Below are positions 50,681 through 62,957 of a stretch of 64,000 bases of DNA, piece after piece. The position numbers and the translations under genes were made by a program. The notes under the pieces are model-generated. The model was not told where the DNA came from. It worked only from the letters and a program-made list of their open reading frames with translations, and did no database searches. Within the stretch, counting starts at the first letter, position 1. Every line of letters starts with the position of its first letter. This stretch comes from Carcharhinus longimanus (taxonomy: Eukaryota), in NCBI GenBank assembly GCA_030264375.1, contig JASCQW010000119.1, positions 24,027,606 through 24,091,605 of the forward strand, in the 5' to 3' direction.

Positions 50681-51084
50681 CAGGTCCAGAATCTAGCATC
50701 TCAAAGCAAGTGATCAAGGAAGCGAGCAAAAAGGATTGTGGACCCTGAAACCCAGAATCAGTGCCTCAAGAGGTCCTGACAAAGGAAGGAAAGATGAATG
50801 ATATTAAACTTCCAGCTGCCAAACACCACTCTCTGACTTCTCCAGAATTCTCTGTGCACCATTCCTCAGACCAACATGTCTTGCAAGTTTAATCATTCCT
50901 TTCTGTCCAGACACTTTTTCATATCCCCATCTGAGAAACAACCACCCTTCCCTATTATCACCTTCCACTCATCCCCCATAATCACCCTTCATAAATGTAG
51001 TCATTCTCTCCTCTCCATGCAATCCATTCCTCACACTCATAACTCTGCTTTCTTGGCAAGAGAAGAGAGCACAAAACCCCATGA

Positions 51085-51330
51085 AGAGGTAGAGAATTAA
51101 ATGTGGCGATCTTCCAGTGATAACTATTTTGACCTATTTGGCAATGCCTGCCCAGTGGGCCCACTGAGAAGGAGGTGTTGATCCAGGAGGCTGGAGATGT
51201 CAGTAAAATGCTGATGCAAATGCCTGAGTCTCCTGAGGCACAGGTGGTCTGACACACAATGACCATTAATCCTCTGTCATAAAACTCTGTGCAGAGGGGG
51301 GATCTTCTGCTCCCAGCTGGGTATCAATGC
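51085..51330 (-). mobile_element. PIF/Harbinger transposase N-terminal remnant
   Basis: Minus strand reads HRVL*QRINGHCVSDHLCLRRLRHLHQHFTDISSLLDQHLLLSGPTGQALP. This matches the HARBI1-type N-terminal pattern RVYR.R...SE.QCLRRLR....DICSLL..DL...G..GHALP. Confidence 0.65.
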
Positions 51331-52049
51331 CCATCCTCTCTGTTCTGAGGACCAGCAGTGATTAAGGGGAAGGCAGCTGGTGCCCTTGCTGGCGATACGG
51401 ATATTGCTGCTTCTCTTGTTCTTTATCACAGGTCCAAGGTAGAGCTGCAGAAATGGTTCCCATGCCACAGTGAAGGCTGACTGCAGGGAAATTCAGATCA
51501 AGGCACAAAATCCAAAGCAGATGAACTGACTCCCAGGAAGTTGGAAATCACCTGTCAAGCAACATCAGAACAAGTTGAGAACCAGCTTCTCACTCACATA
51601 TGGCGCAACTTCTTTGAAGGTTTCTCTTTTTGAAGGTTTCCCTGCCTGTCAGTTTCACTGGAGAAGCACTCCTCACTCTCATTGCCCCTAGCAAGTATTA
51701 CACAGCTTAGGAAACCTGTACGTTGGCTGCTGACATCAGAATATTGGGTTAACTCTTAAGTTAATGTGATATTTAAGTATTTGAATTACTTACCCCACAG
51801 CTCCACTGGGAATCCCTGTTCACCTGAAGGTCTATCAGGTTAAACCTGCAACTGGATGGGATATATTTGGCTTTCTGATACAATGCCACTTTTTGGACCT
51901 TTAGTCCTCATGCCAGCACTTGAATCCGATTCCCCTTGGCACTTACAATTCTGCCCAAAGAGAGCATTCCAAACCAGCCGCAGGATATCAATGAACTTAT
52001 GCTCAATTCTGTTCCAATTTTTACCCATAGAGAAATTCAGGCCGGGATA

Positions 52050-52400
52050 GGGTGGCATGGTAGCACGGTGGTAAGCACTGCTGCTTCACAGCTTCAGGGA
52101 CCTGGGTTCGATTCCCAGCTTGGGTCACTGACTGTATGGAGTTTGCACGTTCTCCTTGTGTCTGCGTGGGTTTCCTCCGGGTGCTCCGGTTTCCTCCAAC
52201 AGTCCAAAGATGTGTGGGTTAGGTAGATTGGTCTTGCTAAAAATTGCCCCTCGGTGTCCTGGGATGCTTAGGTTCGAGGGATTAGTGGGTAAAGTATGTA
52301 GGGATAAGGGGATAGGGTCTGGGTGGGACTGTGGTCAGTGCAGACTCAATGGGCCGAAGGGCCTCTTTCTGCACTGTAGGGTTCTATGAAATTCTATGAT
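52050..52400 (+). mobile_element. HE1-type V-SINE, full length and relatively young
   Basis: Complete head, core and tail ending TTCTATGAAATTCTATGA. Confidence 0.95.
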
Positions 52401-52854
52401 ATTCTGCTCAGAGTGCAGTGAGTGCTGCCACAAAGGATGTAGCAAGCCAGCCAAAGTCCAGCGAGTTTGACAGGACAGGAAAATCCCACCCTCAGTCTTT
52501 ACAATTCTATATATTACCTTTCCACATGACCTTTCTTAGCCATTCCATAAGGCAACCAATAAAATTAAAGCATTACAACTTTTTGCATTAAAAAAAGAGT
52601 TCTATAAGCTGCAGAGGATTCCGCCATTGGGCTAATGTTGCTGTAGTGCTTACGTGACTGGAATAGTGATCCAGAAGTCAGAATTAAAAGTATTTAATGG
52701 AGATAACTGGAGTCTCGCCCACCTGCTAGACACCCAGCACAAAAAAACCCATGCCACCTCTTTTCAGGGAAGCTGCTGCATTAAATGCCAGTCAGGCACT
52801 TAACTGGGCAGCACAAGGGCTTTTGCATTACCCAGGGTCAGAAGTCTCATACTT

Positions 52855-53571
52855 TGTTTTATTGATTCATAGGTCATGAGAGTCACTGGCTGGCCAACAT
52901 TTATTGTCCATCCCTAGTTGCTCAAGGGCAGTTGAGAGTGGTTGCTGTGGCTCTGGAATCACATGTAGGCCAGATCAGGTAAGGACTGCAGATTTCCCTC
53001 CCTAAAGGACATTAGTGAACCAAGAGCTTCTNNNNNNNNNNNNNNNNNNNNNNNNNNNNNNNNNNNNNNNNNNNNNNNNNNNNNNNNNNNNNNNNNNNNN
53101 NNNNNNNNNNNNNNNNNNNNNNNNNNNNNNNAGATTTCCTTCCCTAAAGGACATTAGTGAACCAAGAGCTTCTGGTTCACCATTGCTTGATAGTGCCATT
53201 GAAGAAATAGTGGCTGCTGCTAATACTACACTCCTTATAGGCCCAGGATCACTAATAGGCCTGAGTACACACGAGTGATGGTAGAGGGAATTGTGGGGAG
53301 GGTGTCAGCTTCTAGTGCAGCAAGATGGCTCAACTCCCACCTCCTGGGAAGCCTGTAAGCAATCGTGACAATATTTAACATGTAAAAAAAAATTAGTGAA
53401 CCAGGTGGATTTTTATGACAAATCAATAATATTTCTCATCATTATTCCAGATTTTACCAAATTCAAAGTTCACCATCTGCTGTGGTGAGGTTTGAACCCG
53501 GATCCCCAAAGATTTAACCTGGGTCTCTGGATTACTTGCCCGGTGACAATACCACTTCACAACCACCTCCC
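52855..53571 (-). mobile_element. tRNA-derived SINE in two halves (52855-53164 and 53392-53571)
   Basis: The halves overlap in ATTAGTGAACCA; B-box GGGTTCAAACC on the minus strand. Confidence 0.8.
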
Positions 53572-54612
53572 TATAGATTAATGGTCTATCATGCCTCAGA
53601 TATGGATAACAGAGGTCTCTTTTTTGGCCTTTACCAACGTGGCATCCAGCATGGCAATGCATAAATTGTGTGAACATGACATTGATGCCATTTTGAATGT
53701 AAACCAGAGCATCTCGTGTCAACAAGAAACAGGTGTTCTGGAGCTGACTTTTGAGCTCTGATTTTATTAAACCATTAATGTAGAGATATCTATATTGGTG
53801 ATAATAATGGCTAAACAAAGAATGCAGCCATATGGCATGCTGTTATTTTAATACAAATGCTAACTCATTGAAAATAAGTGGGTTACCGTTACTCCGAAAA
53901 TAACAAACATGTTAATCTTTCAGCTGCCGATATTATGGTATCATCACTTGCAGTTTCTAGCCTTTTTTTTTAACTTTACGCAATATCACAGTTTCTCTAT
54001 TGATAGATCCTATATCCATCTTCATGCAATTTAAGCTGGAGAAGTCAATAGATGGAATAAGATTAGCTTTTAATTAGTCTTTTCAAGACTATTTACATTG
54101 GGCTGGTGCATGTGCCATTGCTCCAGTGTATTTTGGGGAAGTTGTTTTGAGAAAACATAAGACAGCCTTTGGGAAATCTAGGCTGTAACTGCTGCTGCTT
54201 TCTTGTGCTGACAAGATTGTCACATGTTGGGTCGCATGAATAGTGAAGACAAACCCTAAAGAATTATCAGTCCATGTGTGAAACTTAGTGTGTTGCTTAT
54301 TGCACATGCTCTGGCACCCTTGTTAACACAATATAAATAATACACATTTTTGTTTGCTTTCAGTAATAATCTCACCGAGGCCAGTCTTCCATCACCAACA
54401 CCCTTCATTTATACAGTGAATAAAGCATGGATTCTGCGGCAACAGTACACAAGTCAAAGCCCCGAGACAACAGCCCCCAGGTCCAGGGAGAGACAGCTTG
54501 TTTTAAACTCCTGCTGCACCTTTCCTATTGGCCAAGCCTCCAGGGAAGCCCATGGGGAGATCTGTTGATGATCCTCCATATCCTCTGTGGTTATCAGGGG
54601 CGGGCTGTTAAC

Positions 54613-54848
54613 GCGCAAATAAGTGCGGCGTGCAGGAATGGGACGGCCGTAGTTATGGGGGATTTCAATCTACNNNNNNNNNNNNNNNNNNNNNNNNNNN
54701 NNNNNNNNNNNNNNNNNNNNNNNNNNNNNNNNNNNNNNNNNNNNNNNNNNNNNNNNNNNNNNNNNNNNNNNNNATGGCGGGGCAGGCTCGAAGGGCTAGA
54801 TGGCCTACTCCTGCTCCTATTTCTTATGTTCTTATGTTCTTATGTTCA
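54613..54848 (+). mobile_element. Young CR1-type LINE collapsed across a gap
   Basis: Endonuclease motif AVVMGDFNL precedes the gap and a tail with (TTATGTTC)n follows it; CpGs are retained. Confidence 0.88.
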
Positions 54849-55515
54849 TCCCACACCGCCCCCGCACAGCCCCTCCCCGCCCTCCGCCCCTGCACACACA
54901 CCCCCCGCCCCCCCCACCCCAAGTCTGCTTCCACCACCCCCTAAAACCCCTGCCATGGGAAGATCCTTTCTGCCGATTGGTGATCAGCCTGGGGTCAGAC
55001 AAAGGTAGGACCAGATCTTGTGGTGTGAACTGAGTTGGAGACCTTCATTTTCAGAGGGAATGTCATCGTAAAGCCACTGATGTACATTCTTCCTGGGGTT
55101 CTTCTTCAATTTGGGCACCAGCTTCTACCACTTCCATCTCAGAATCCCTGATCTCATCATCCAGGGTCAGGGATTGGATTGCCATCAGGTTGTGCCTCGA
55201 TGCTGGCAGCGGCTGTCTCCATGGCTGGTAAAAGGCTTGCCCTAATCTGGTCTCTATGGATGCTGCGGATTGTTTCTTCATACCGAGCTTGAAAGTCTGC
55301 ACTGCCTGTTCAGCCAACCCATTTGATGATGGCTGATAGGATGAGTTCTAATGTGTTTAATTCTATTGGAAAGCATAAAGTTCTGGAACTTCATGCAGGA
55401 AAAGGCAGTGCCATTGTCAGAGATCAGGGCTTCGGGTATCCTGTGTGTACAGAAACTCTCTTGTAGTTTCTCAGTTGTGGCATTGGAGACGGTGGAGCTC
55501 ATGCAATGTATCTCC

Positions 55516-56040
55516 ATAAGACCATAAGATATCGAAGCAGAATTAAGCCATTCGATCCATCAGGTTTGCTCCACCATTCAATCAAAGCTGATATGATTCT
55601 CATCCCCATTCTCCTACCTTCTCCCTGTAACCCTTGATCCCCTTATTGATCAAGAACAAATCTATCTCTATCATGAAGACACTTAATGACCTGGCCTCCA
55701 CAGATTCACCACCCTCTGGCTGAAGAAATTCCTCCTCATTTCAGTTTCAAAGGAGTGTCCCTGCACTCTGAGGTTGTGCCCTTGAGTTCTAGTCTCTCCC
55801 ACTCATCAAAACATCCTCTCCACATCCACTCTACCCAGGCCTCTGAGTATTCCGTAAGTTTCAATTAGATTCCCCCCCATCCTTCTAAACTCCATCAAGT
55901 ACAGACCCAAACTCCTCAACCACTCTTCATATGACAAACCCCTCATTACTAGGATCATTCTTGTGAACCTCCTCTGGACACCCTCCAAGTCCAGCACATC
56001 CTTTCTCACAATATTCCAAATGGTGCTCACAATATTCCAA
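55516..56040 (-). mobile_element. CR1-type LINE 3' fragment inserted in the Gypsy integrase
   Basis: RKDVLDLEGVQRRFTRMILVMRGLSYEEWLRSLGLYLMEFRRMGGNLIETYGILRGL; (CCATAAGA)n tail. Confidence 0.93.
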
Positions 56041-57740
56041 TACTCCAACCATTTGGAATGCAAGTCCACCATGACCAAAAAACATGGAACCCACAAAAGG
56101 CTCGGCAAAGTCACATGCACTCGCACCCAAGGTCTACCAGGCTTCTGTAGGATGTAGGAAGGCTGAGGGCATGTTTTGATTCTCTTGGAATGTTGTCATG
56201 TTGACAAATCTATGATGTCTGCATCAAGGCCGGGCAATCATATAAAGGTCCTGGATATCATTTTCAGTTTCCATATTCCAATGCGGCAGTGATATAATTC
56301 TGTGAGTAGTAGATGCTACCCTGGGCGAGGGACAGCTATGTGGGACCCCCAGAGAATGATAACATTGTCGACACTGAGCTAGCCTTTGTACATCAGATAG
56401 GGTTTAATTTCATCTGAGGGCTGTCCTCTGAGGCTGCCATTTAGAATGATGTATTTTAATTTACACAGGATTGGGTCTTTTTGTGTCCAGGCCTTGATTT
56501 GCAATGCAGACACGGGCAGGATCATCAAAAAATAATGGGTCATCATGACCTCTTCTAATGCTGGTAAAGAAGCCAGGCTTGTGGGCAATAGCAGACGACT
56601 CAGTTCCTCGGTTTTAGCTATCCAGGTCTCAGGACGGGGCTCTAGGAGATATTCATAAGCTGCCAGTAACAAAGCCCAATGCTGTATCCAGGCAGAGACA
56701 ACGGGGAGTATTGCCTTAGTTTCTTTAAAAAGTCCTAACAAGGGTTTGTGCTGGGTTACTATAATGAAGCATCTAGAATAGATGTATTGATGGAACTTTT
56801 TAACGCTGAATACAACTGTCAACCCCTCTTTCTCGATCTGGGAATACCTCCATTCAGTGTCCAAAAGGGTCCTGGATACATCTGCGATAAGCTTTTGCAT
56901 TCCACCTTTCCAATGGTGTACCAGTATCTGCCCAACTCCATAGGGGAAGCATTGCATGTCAGGACAAGTTCCTTTTTGGGGTTAAAATAGGCCAATAAGT
57001 CAGATGACATAAGTTGTTATTTAATGTTATTGAAAGCATTCACCTGCAAAGCCTCCAAGACCATCTTTGGTATTTCTGTAGCAGGGCATGCAAGGGGGCC
57101 AACAGGAAGCCAAATTTGGAATGATGTTTCCCATAATAGTTTACTAACCCCAGGATGGATTTCAACTCCATGGTGTTCTTGGAGTTGGTGCTTTCTTAAT
57201 GGCCCTTACCTTGTCCTCCACCAGGACAAGTAAGCCCTTACTATCCACCCGAAAGCCTTAGTAGGTCACAGCATTTGTTTGGAAGAAACACTTTTCCCTC
57301 TTCAGTTGTATTCCAACTTCTGAGAGTTTCCACAAGACCTCTTGTAGGTTTNNNNNNNNNNNNAGAAGCTTTACGACCATGGACAGAAACTGCATCGGTC
57401 AAGTGTGCAGGATTAAATACCCAAGCATTCTTTGATGCCACCTCTATGGAATGAGCAATCTTACACGCTATTTCAAATGTAAGATTTGGGGATAGATTTT
57501 CGTCGAGGAGACAGATGTCAGGAGCTGAGAATTCTCTCCATCTGGAAGAGTCTGTCCTCCTTGTTTTTGTGTTGACGAGGCAGCCCTGAGGTGGCAACAG
57601 AGGTGGATGGCTGGTGAGGCCTGCAGACTAGAGTGTTCACCTCAGTTTACTAAGACATCAGCCCAGATATATTCATGGCGGTCACACCCTCTAGCACTTA
57701 CCTCTCACACCCCTTTGTGTACTACATACCTCCATTTACC

Positions 57741-57813
57741 TTCTATGCCCCCTCATGTCTCCAATGTCCTTCTATGCCCACTCATGTCTCCAATGTCCCT
57801 CTATGCCCCCTCA
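57741..57813. repeat. 29-bp minisatellite, ~2.5 copies
   Basis: Unit TTCTATGCCCCCTCATGTCTCCAATGTCC. Confidence 0.85.
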
Positions 57814-58999
57814 AATCTACCACTCTCCCTCATGGCTTACATGCTCCTTCCATTTCCCTCTCATCACTCCCATGCTCTTCTTTCCGCTCAATGAATCCAC
57901 CAAACCTACTTTTCAGTATCAACTATATTCAGAACCAATGACTCTTTGATCTGTCTGACACGTCTTTGAAATGCTCGCTAAAAAGCTGTTTATCCTACAA
58001 CCCCATAAAAGTGTCAATCACACAGAAATACACTATATCAATGGCAAAAAGTTGTAATCCATTTAGCACCTTTAAATATTATATAAATACATATATTAAA
58101 TAAGCTTTGAAAATATTCTTTAAATAATGATCATGTTATTACAATGCAATAAAGATGCCAACCAAAAAAAGTTAACACTCCCCTAGAGACTGTACTTAGA
58201 TTGCCTACAGGACTGAGAGTGTTCTCCATTCTTGGAACAATCAAGCAATCATCATGGGGTCATCTGGAAAAAAAAATTGCCTGGCCATCTGTTCAACCTG
58301 TTATGTTGATATAGTTACCAGATGGTCTTATTATGAATGTTTAGTTGAGTTCCAAGAATGTCTAATGGGCTCAACTCAGCAAGGGTTTGGTAACTCATCT
58401 TGAAGAGGAAGGCTAGTTTGACATATTTATCATCTGATCTTTCTTTCAAGATTTTTTCAATACCTATGTGTTTATTTACACAAGATTAAGAGTGTAACGT
58501 GGATTAAGGATTTTTGTCATTGTTATTATGAATGGGTATGATTGATTGACAATCTATGAGAAGGTAAAGTTAGCAATGTAATTCAAAAGGAAATGTTAAA
58601 TTTTTGTTTTTTCCTTGGTCCCCAATTGCAAACAAATATTTCCCCATGGATCACATCTTCTCTAAACTGCCATAAATCATGTCTACCTAATAAATAAGTC
58701 CCGCTCCAACAAGATTATAGGCTAGTCCTAAATTCCCTCTGCAATGGAGCCAGCAAGCGCTGCAGGCTGTCTACCCTCATCCTTATCCCATGCCTGTAAA
58801 ATTTACCAGAAATAGCAATATGGATTTACTGGAAATAGAAACCGGGATCAGAATCCCAGAATTAACTCCCATCCACTATTTTTAAAGGCCTTCTGACTCA
58901 GTTCAATTCCACAAAATTTAATCCTTTCATGCACTAATTCACACACAAATCAATCTCACAATGCATAGTCTATGAAATTGCAGTATAGTGATAAGTTCT

Positions 59000-59330
59000 T
59001 CAATACCACAATGTACTCACTGAATGCTTGACGACTTTTCTTGTTCCAAGTTTGTAGCTTTCTGCTAGTGGCTTAGAGTTGAAATGTTCTTTCAACTTGG
59101 CGATAATTGCTTTGATTTGCACATCTTTTGTCTTTTTGGGAGTAAAAGAGATTTGTTGATATGCCACGCACTTCCAGGCCAATTTCCACAGAGACAATTG
59201 CTTTCTTGCCTTATGTTGAGTCGTGACCTCTTTACTTTCACATTCCAAAGTATTATTAGCTCTGAAGTACATGTACGTATTTTCAATATAAGAACTAAAA
59301 GGTTCTGAAGCACTTTCATATATTCTGAGC
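59000..59330 (-). mobile_element. Gypsy gag N-terminal remnant
   Basis: YESASEPFSSYIENTYMYFRANN ... IIAKLKEHFNSKPLAESYKLGTRK fits the W..Y.ER...YF.AN / L..HF.PK...ERY.F..R pattern. Confidence 0.7.
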
Positions 59331-60402
59331 TTATGATACATCCTGTGGGTGAAGCCATGCTGTTTTTCCAAATACAATGGCAACACAGTAAATACTTCAC
59401 TTTGACTGTCCATAAGTGATGCAGCATATCAATCCACTGTAGGTGTGAGGCAGATGGAAATCAACATGAGTGTTCACAATAAAACATCTTGATAATCAGC
59501 TGAGGTAGAACAAATTCACCGAAAACTAGTTTAGTCACTGGTTGAAATGTCCTGCAGCAATCCAAAGGGAAAAATATCGCTTGAGTTGCATTATTCCCGA
59601 CTGCGCATGCTCTGAATCTTATCTCATTTGTACAATGCATGAAGATATCACAGTTGCCCTATATAATTTATTACATTTATCCATGACTTTATTTCAAGGT
59701 TGGTTATCATGATGAGATTCCATTTCCAATGATCTAAAGGGAAGAGGACTGAAGCAAAATAGACATGCAATCTCTGTACAAGCAGGACAGACAACACTTA
59801 GCTGCAGCTAAGCAATGGGAGCAATTCTCCGACCAGTTCAAGGGCCAGCGCTCGTCCTGGCCACCTTCTAATGGTGTCATCTGCATCTCACTTAGAAAGG
59901 GTGCAAGGCCAATTAGCATATTTAAAGTAGTTTTTAAATATGCATCACCCATTCGACACAGTGCATGGAATTCTCCAGCTTTTAGGGGTCAGGCATGGAG
60001 ACCCATCAGGATGACCCTGATGCCCAATGCTGGTGACCCATGTCAGGGAATGGGCGGGGAACAGGCTACCAATGATGGGTCACAATGTCGGCGGGGGGGG
60101 GGGGGGGGGCGGCGCCCCATGCGCTGTTAGAGCAGGACACTATTATGGAATGGCACCTGAATGCTCTGAAGCTATGCTCACCGGTGTGTTTAGGCCCTGC
60201 CCTTCCCCCATTCCAAATGCCCCCCCCCCCTCCACCTGACCACCAGTACTAGCACAAAACTCCCAACTCCCCCCAAAAAAAGTGACAGTGTGGGTGGATT
60301 GCAGTGAGGAGCACTCTTCAGAGACCAGTACAGATTGCTCCTGTTTTCTGTTATGACACTTAGTCATTTTTTGAGAAACTTCTGCGCAATTGTACAATTT
60401 AG

Positions 60403-60890
60403 GGGAGCCAGTAGCATAGTAGTATTATCACTGGGCTAGTAACCCAGAGGTAATGTCCTGAGAATCCAGGTTCAAATCCCAGCATTACAGATGGTGAAAT
60501 TTGAATTGAATGAAACCAGTCTGGATTTAAAAGTCACCATGAAATCACTGCTGATTGTCATCTGGTTCCCTAATGTCCAAAGATATGCAGGTTGGGTGGA
60601 TTGGCCATGCTAAAATGCTCCTTAGTGTCCCAAGATGTATGGGATTAGGGGGATAGAATGGGGGAGAGAGTCTGGGGGATAAGCACTCTTTCAGAGCATC
60701 AGTGAAGATTCAATGAGCCGAATGGCCACTTTTGCACTTTAATAATTCTATGAAAGGAAATCTGCCATCCTTACCTGGTCTGGCCTATATGTGACTCCAA
60801 ATCCACAGCAATGCGGATGACTCCTCAAGGGCAATTAGGAACAGGCAATAAATGCAGGCCCAGCCAACGATGCCCACATCCAATGCAAAA
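60403..60890 (+). mobile_element. tRNA-derived SINE with a nested truncated HE1 SINE (60575-60753)
   Basis: Head GTATTATCACTGGGCTAGTAACCCAGAG, B-box GGTTCAAATCCC, tail AAGGGCAATTAGG..AATAAATGC..CCCACATCC. Confidence 0.87.
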
Positions 60891-62169
60891 GCTCAAACAA
60901 AAACATTGGGCAGAATTTTCCCTTCCCAAACACCCCAGGAATCATAGTGGGAGGGACAAGATTATGTAAAGCTCGCATGGACAAGTTGGGCTGAAGGGCC
61001 TGTTTCCATGCTGTAAACCTCTATGACTCTATCCATTGATGAAATTTTCCAGTCTTGGGGCGAGTGTGGCCAAAAATCAACCCAATGTGTTAATTCATTG
61101 ATGTTTAGCATAGAACAAATGAAATGTGAGAGTTAATTGTTCTCTCGTTTACAGACAGAAGACAGGTTATAAATGCTGGAAGATGTCAATTTTGAGATNN
61201 NCTACTGACAATGGATACCAGGTCTTAAATCTAGCCCTACTCTGACTGAAGAATCCACATGGGGCCTGAGTACTGACCGTTTACCCAGGAGAACATCAAC
61301 TTCTGTTTCAGGTGCGGTAAGACAACAGGCAATAATAAACAGGCAATGATTGTTGACCTTTTAACTGCACTTCCAGATGCAAGGCCTTGTTATGGGGTTG
61401 GGCCTGCCAATGAGGAAATGTCTGGCCTTTCTGAATGACCTGAACCCAGAAGTATAGTGGAGTTCCAGTCACGGCCAGTGAATCCAAAGTGGGAATAGTA
61501 AAATTTGCCTCTTGTATTTAGTCCTTCTGTTAGTTTCTGAAAGGGACACACTAATCTTTAAACTGGTGCTCTGACTTATATCCAGTCCATGTCTTATATC
61601 CGTAGTAAAATATTATTACAGAGAGCTCCCAGATGGTGTGCTGAGTTTTTTTTTAATGTTTGGATGCAGTTATAACTCATCAATTTTTCAGATGTGTTGA
61701 GGGCTATTCTTCTTGTTCCTCTAGATTAATAGTGGTTTTGTCATCGCAAGAATGAGCCAGCGTTTGTGGTTCAAGAGTCCCAAAGGTGGTCTTATGGCTT
61801 CTCAAAATACACTGGATCAATAGCAGATAGAGCAGCAATCCACCTCAATGTAAATAAAGAACATAAAAGACTAATTAAAAGCTTGACAGCGTTTGGCCTT
61901 TTGGCATCTATAATCATGCAGCTTAAATTACATAAAGCTGGACGAAGGGCCGGTCGATAGAGAAATTGTAACATTGCATCGAGTCAATAAGGATAGGTTG
62001 AAGGGTAGAAATTTCTAGTGGTGTTTAGGCAGCAACATGAGATGAGGACTTAACATGTTTGTTATTTTAGGAGGGCTGGTAAACCACTGAATCACAGAAT
62101 GCCTGGCGTGCAGAAAGAGGCCAACCAACCCATCTAAGTCTGCACTGGTTCTTTAAAAGAGCATCCCAC

Positions 62170-62320
62170 TGGAGAAGACAGCAGATAACTGCAGGGAAAG
62201 GCAGAGAACTAAATTGGCTCTGCAGCCATAGCCATCCTGACCACAGTAGAGAAGGGCTTCTTGGAGATCGGCAGGGTGGCACGCACATTGGTTATTGGTC
62301 AAGAGAGGTGCAGGTGGTCC
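62170..62320 (+). mobile_element. Harbinger Myb/SANT-like accessory ORF remnant
   Basis: EKTADNCRERQRTK, then after a frameshift IAILTTVEKGFLEIGRVARTLVIG. This resembles the K.AHN.RER..TGGG...LT..EE..LEI.G motif of NAIF1/MSANTD-like proteins. Confidence 0.5.
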
Positions 62321-62624
62321 ACAGGCCTGGTGACAGCATTCAATGTCACTCTGCCACTTGGCACTGAACCATCAATCAAGCTGAGTTGTTCTTGCCATTA
62401 ACTGTTATGTCATAACAGACACCATGCTGAGTTTACACACTTTGCCCCATGTCAGCACTAATTCATGTCTTTGATTTGTCACCGATCCTTCAAAGGTGAC
62501 AGAGTAACTGCTGCAGGAGTTGGCTGATGGTCTTCAGAGGAGAGCAAAGTCTCTGATAGTGCACTGTCACATGACTCGTACTCCCTCCCACTGACAGAGA
62601 AACTCATTTTACACCCAGACTATT

Positions 62625-62957
62625 CGGGTGAAAGAAGCCATCCGGCCCACTGTGTCTGCACTGATTCTCCGAAAGAGAATCCCACTCACGCCCTCCCCTC
62701 TATCGTTATCCTATAACCACACTCATTTACCATGACTAATCCATAACCTATACATCTTGGGATACTAAGGGGGAATTTATTCTGGCCTAAACTGCACATC
62801 TTTGAAATGTGAGAGAAAACTGGAGCACCCAGAGGAAACCACGCAGACACGGGGAGAACATGCAAACTTCACTCTGACAGTCATCCAAGGCCGGAATGGA
62901 ACCTAAGTCGCTGGCTCTGTGAGGCAGCTGTGCTAACCACTGTACCACCATGCCACT
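62625..62957 (-). mobile_element. HE1-type V-SINE
   Basis: Reverse complement of head, core and tail. Confidence 0.9.

Larger units (their letters stand above)
54321..57510 (-). mobile_element. Decayed Gypsy (K02A2.6-like) LTR retrotransposon: LTR ~54321-54612, integrase, RNase H, RT C-terminus and a gag fragment
   Basis: LLAYFNPKKELVLTCNASP; SRTLLDTEWRYSQIEKEGLTVVFSVKKFHQYIYSRCFIIVTQHKPLLGLF; DFAEPFVGSMF..VDLHSKWLE; IPEALISDNGTAF; AEQAVQTFK; LTFEIACKIAHSIEVASKNA. The LTR begins TGTTAAC, and a C-rich tract (minus-strand PPT) lies at 54849-54940. Confidence 0.93.

Noticed and set aside
52050-52125. tRNA genes at SINE heads
   Set aside because: A/B boxes are present, but they continue into the SINE core with no convincing cloverleaf.
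56379-56957. 192-aa ORF as an intact gene
   Set aside because: It is a Gypsy RNase H fragment within a disrupted pol.
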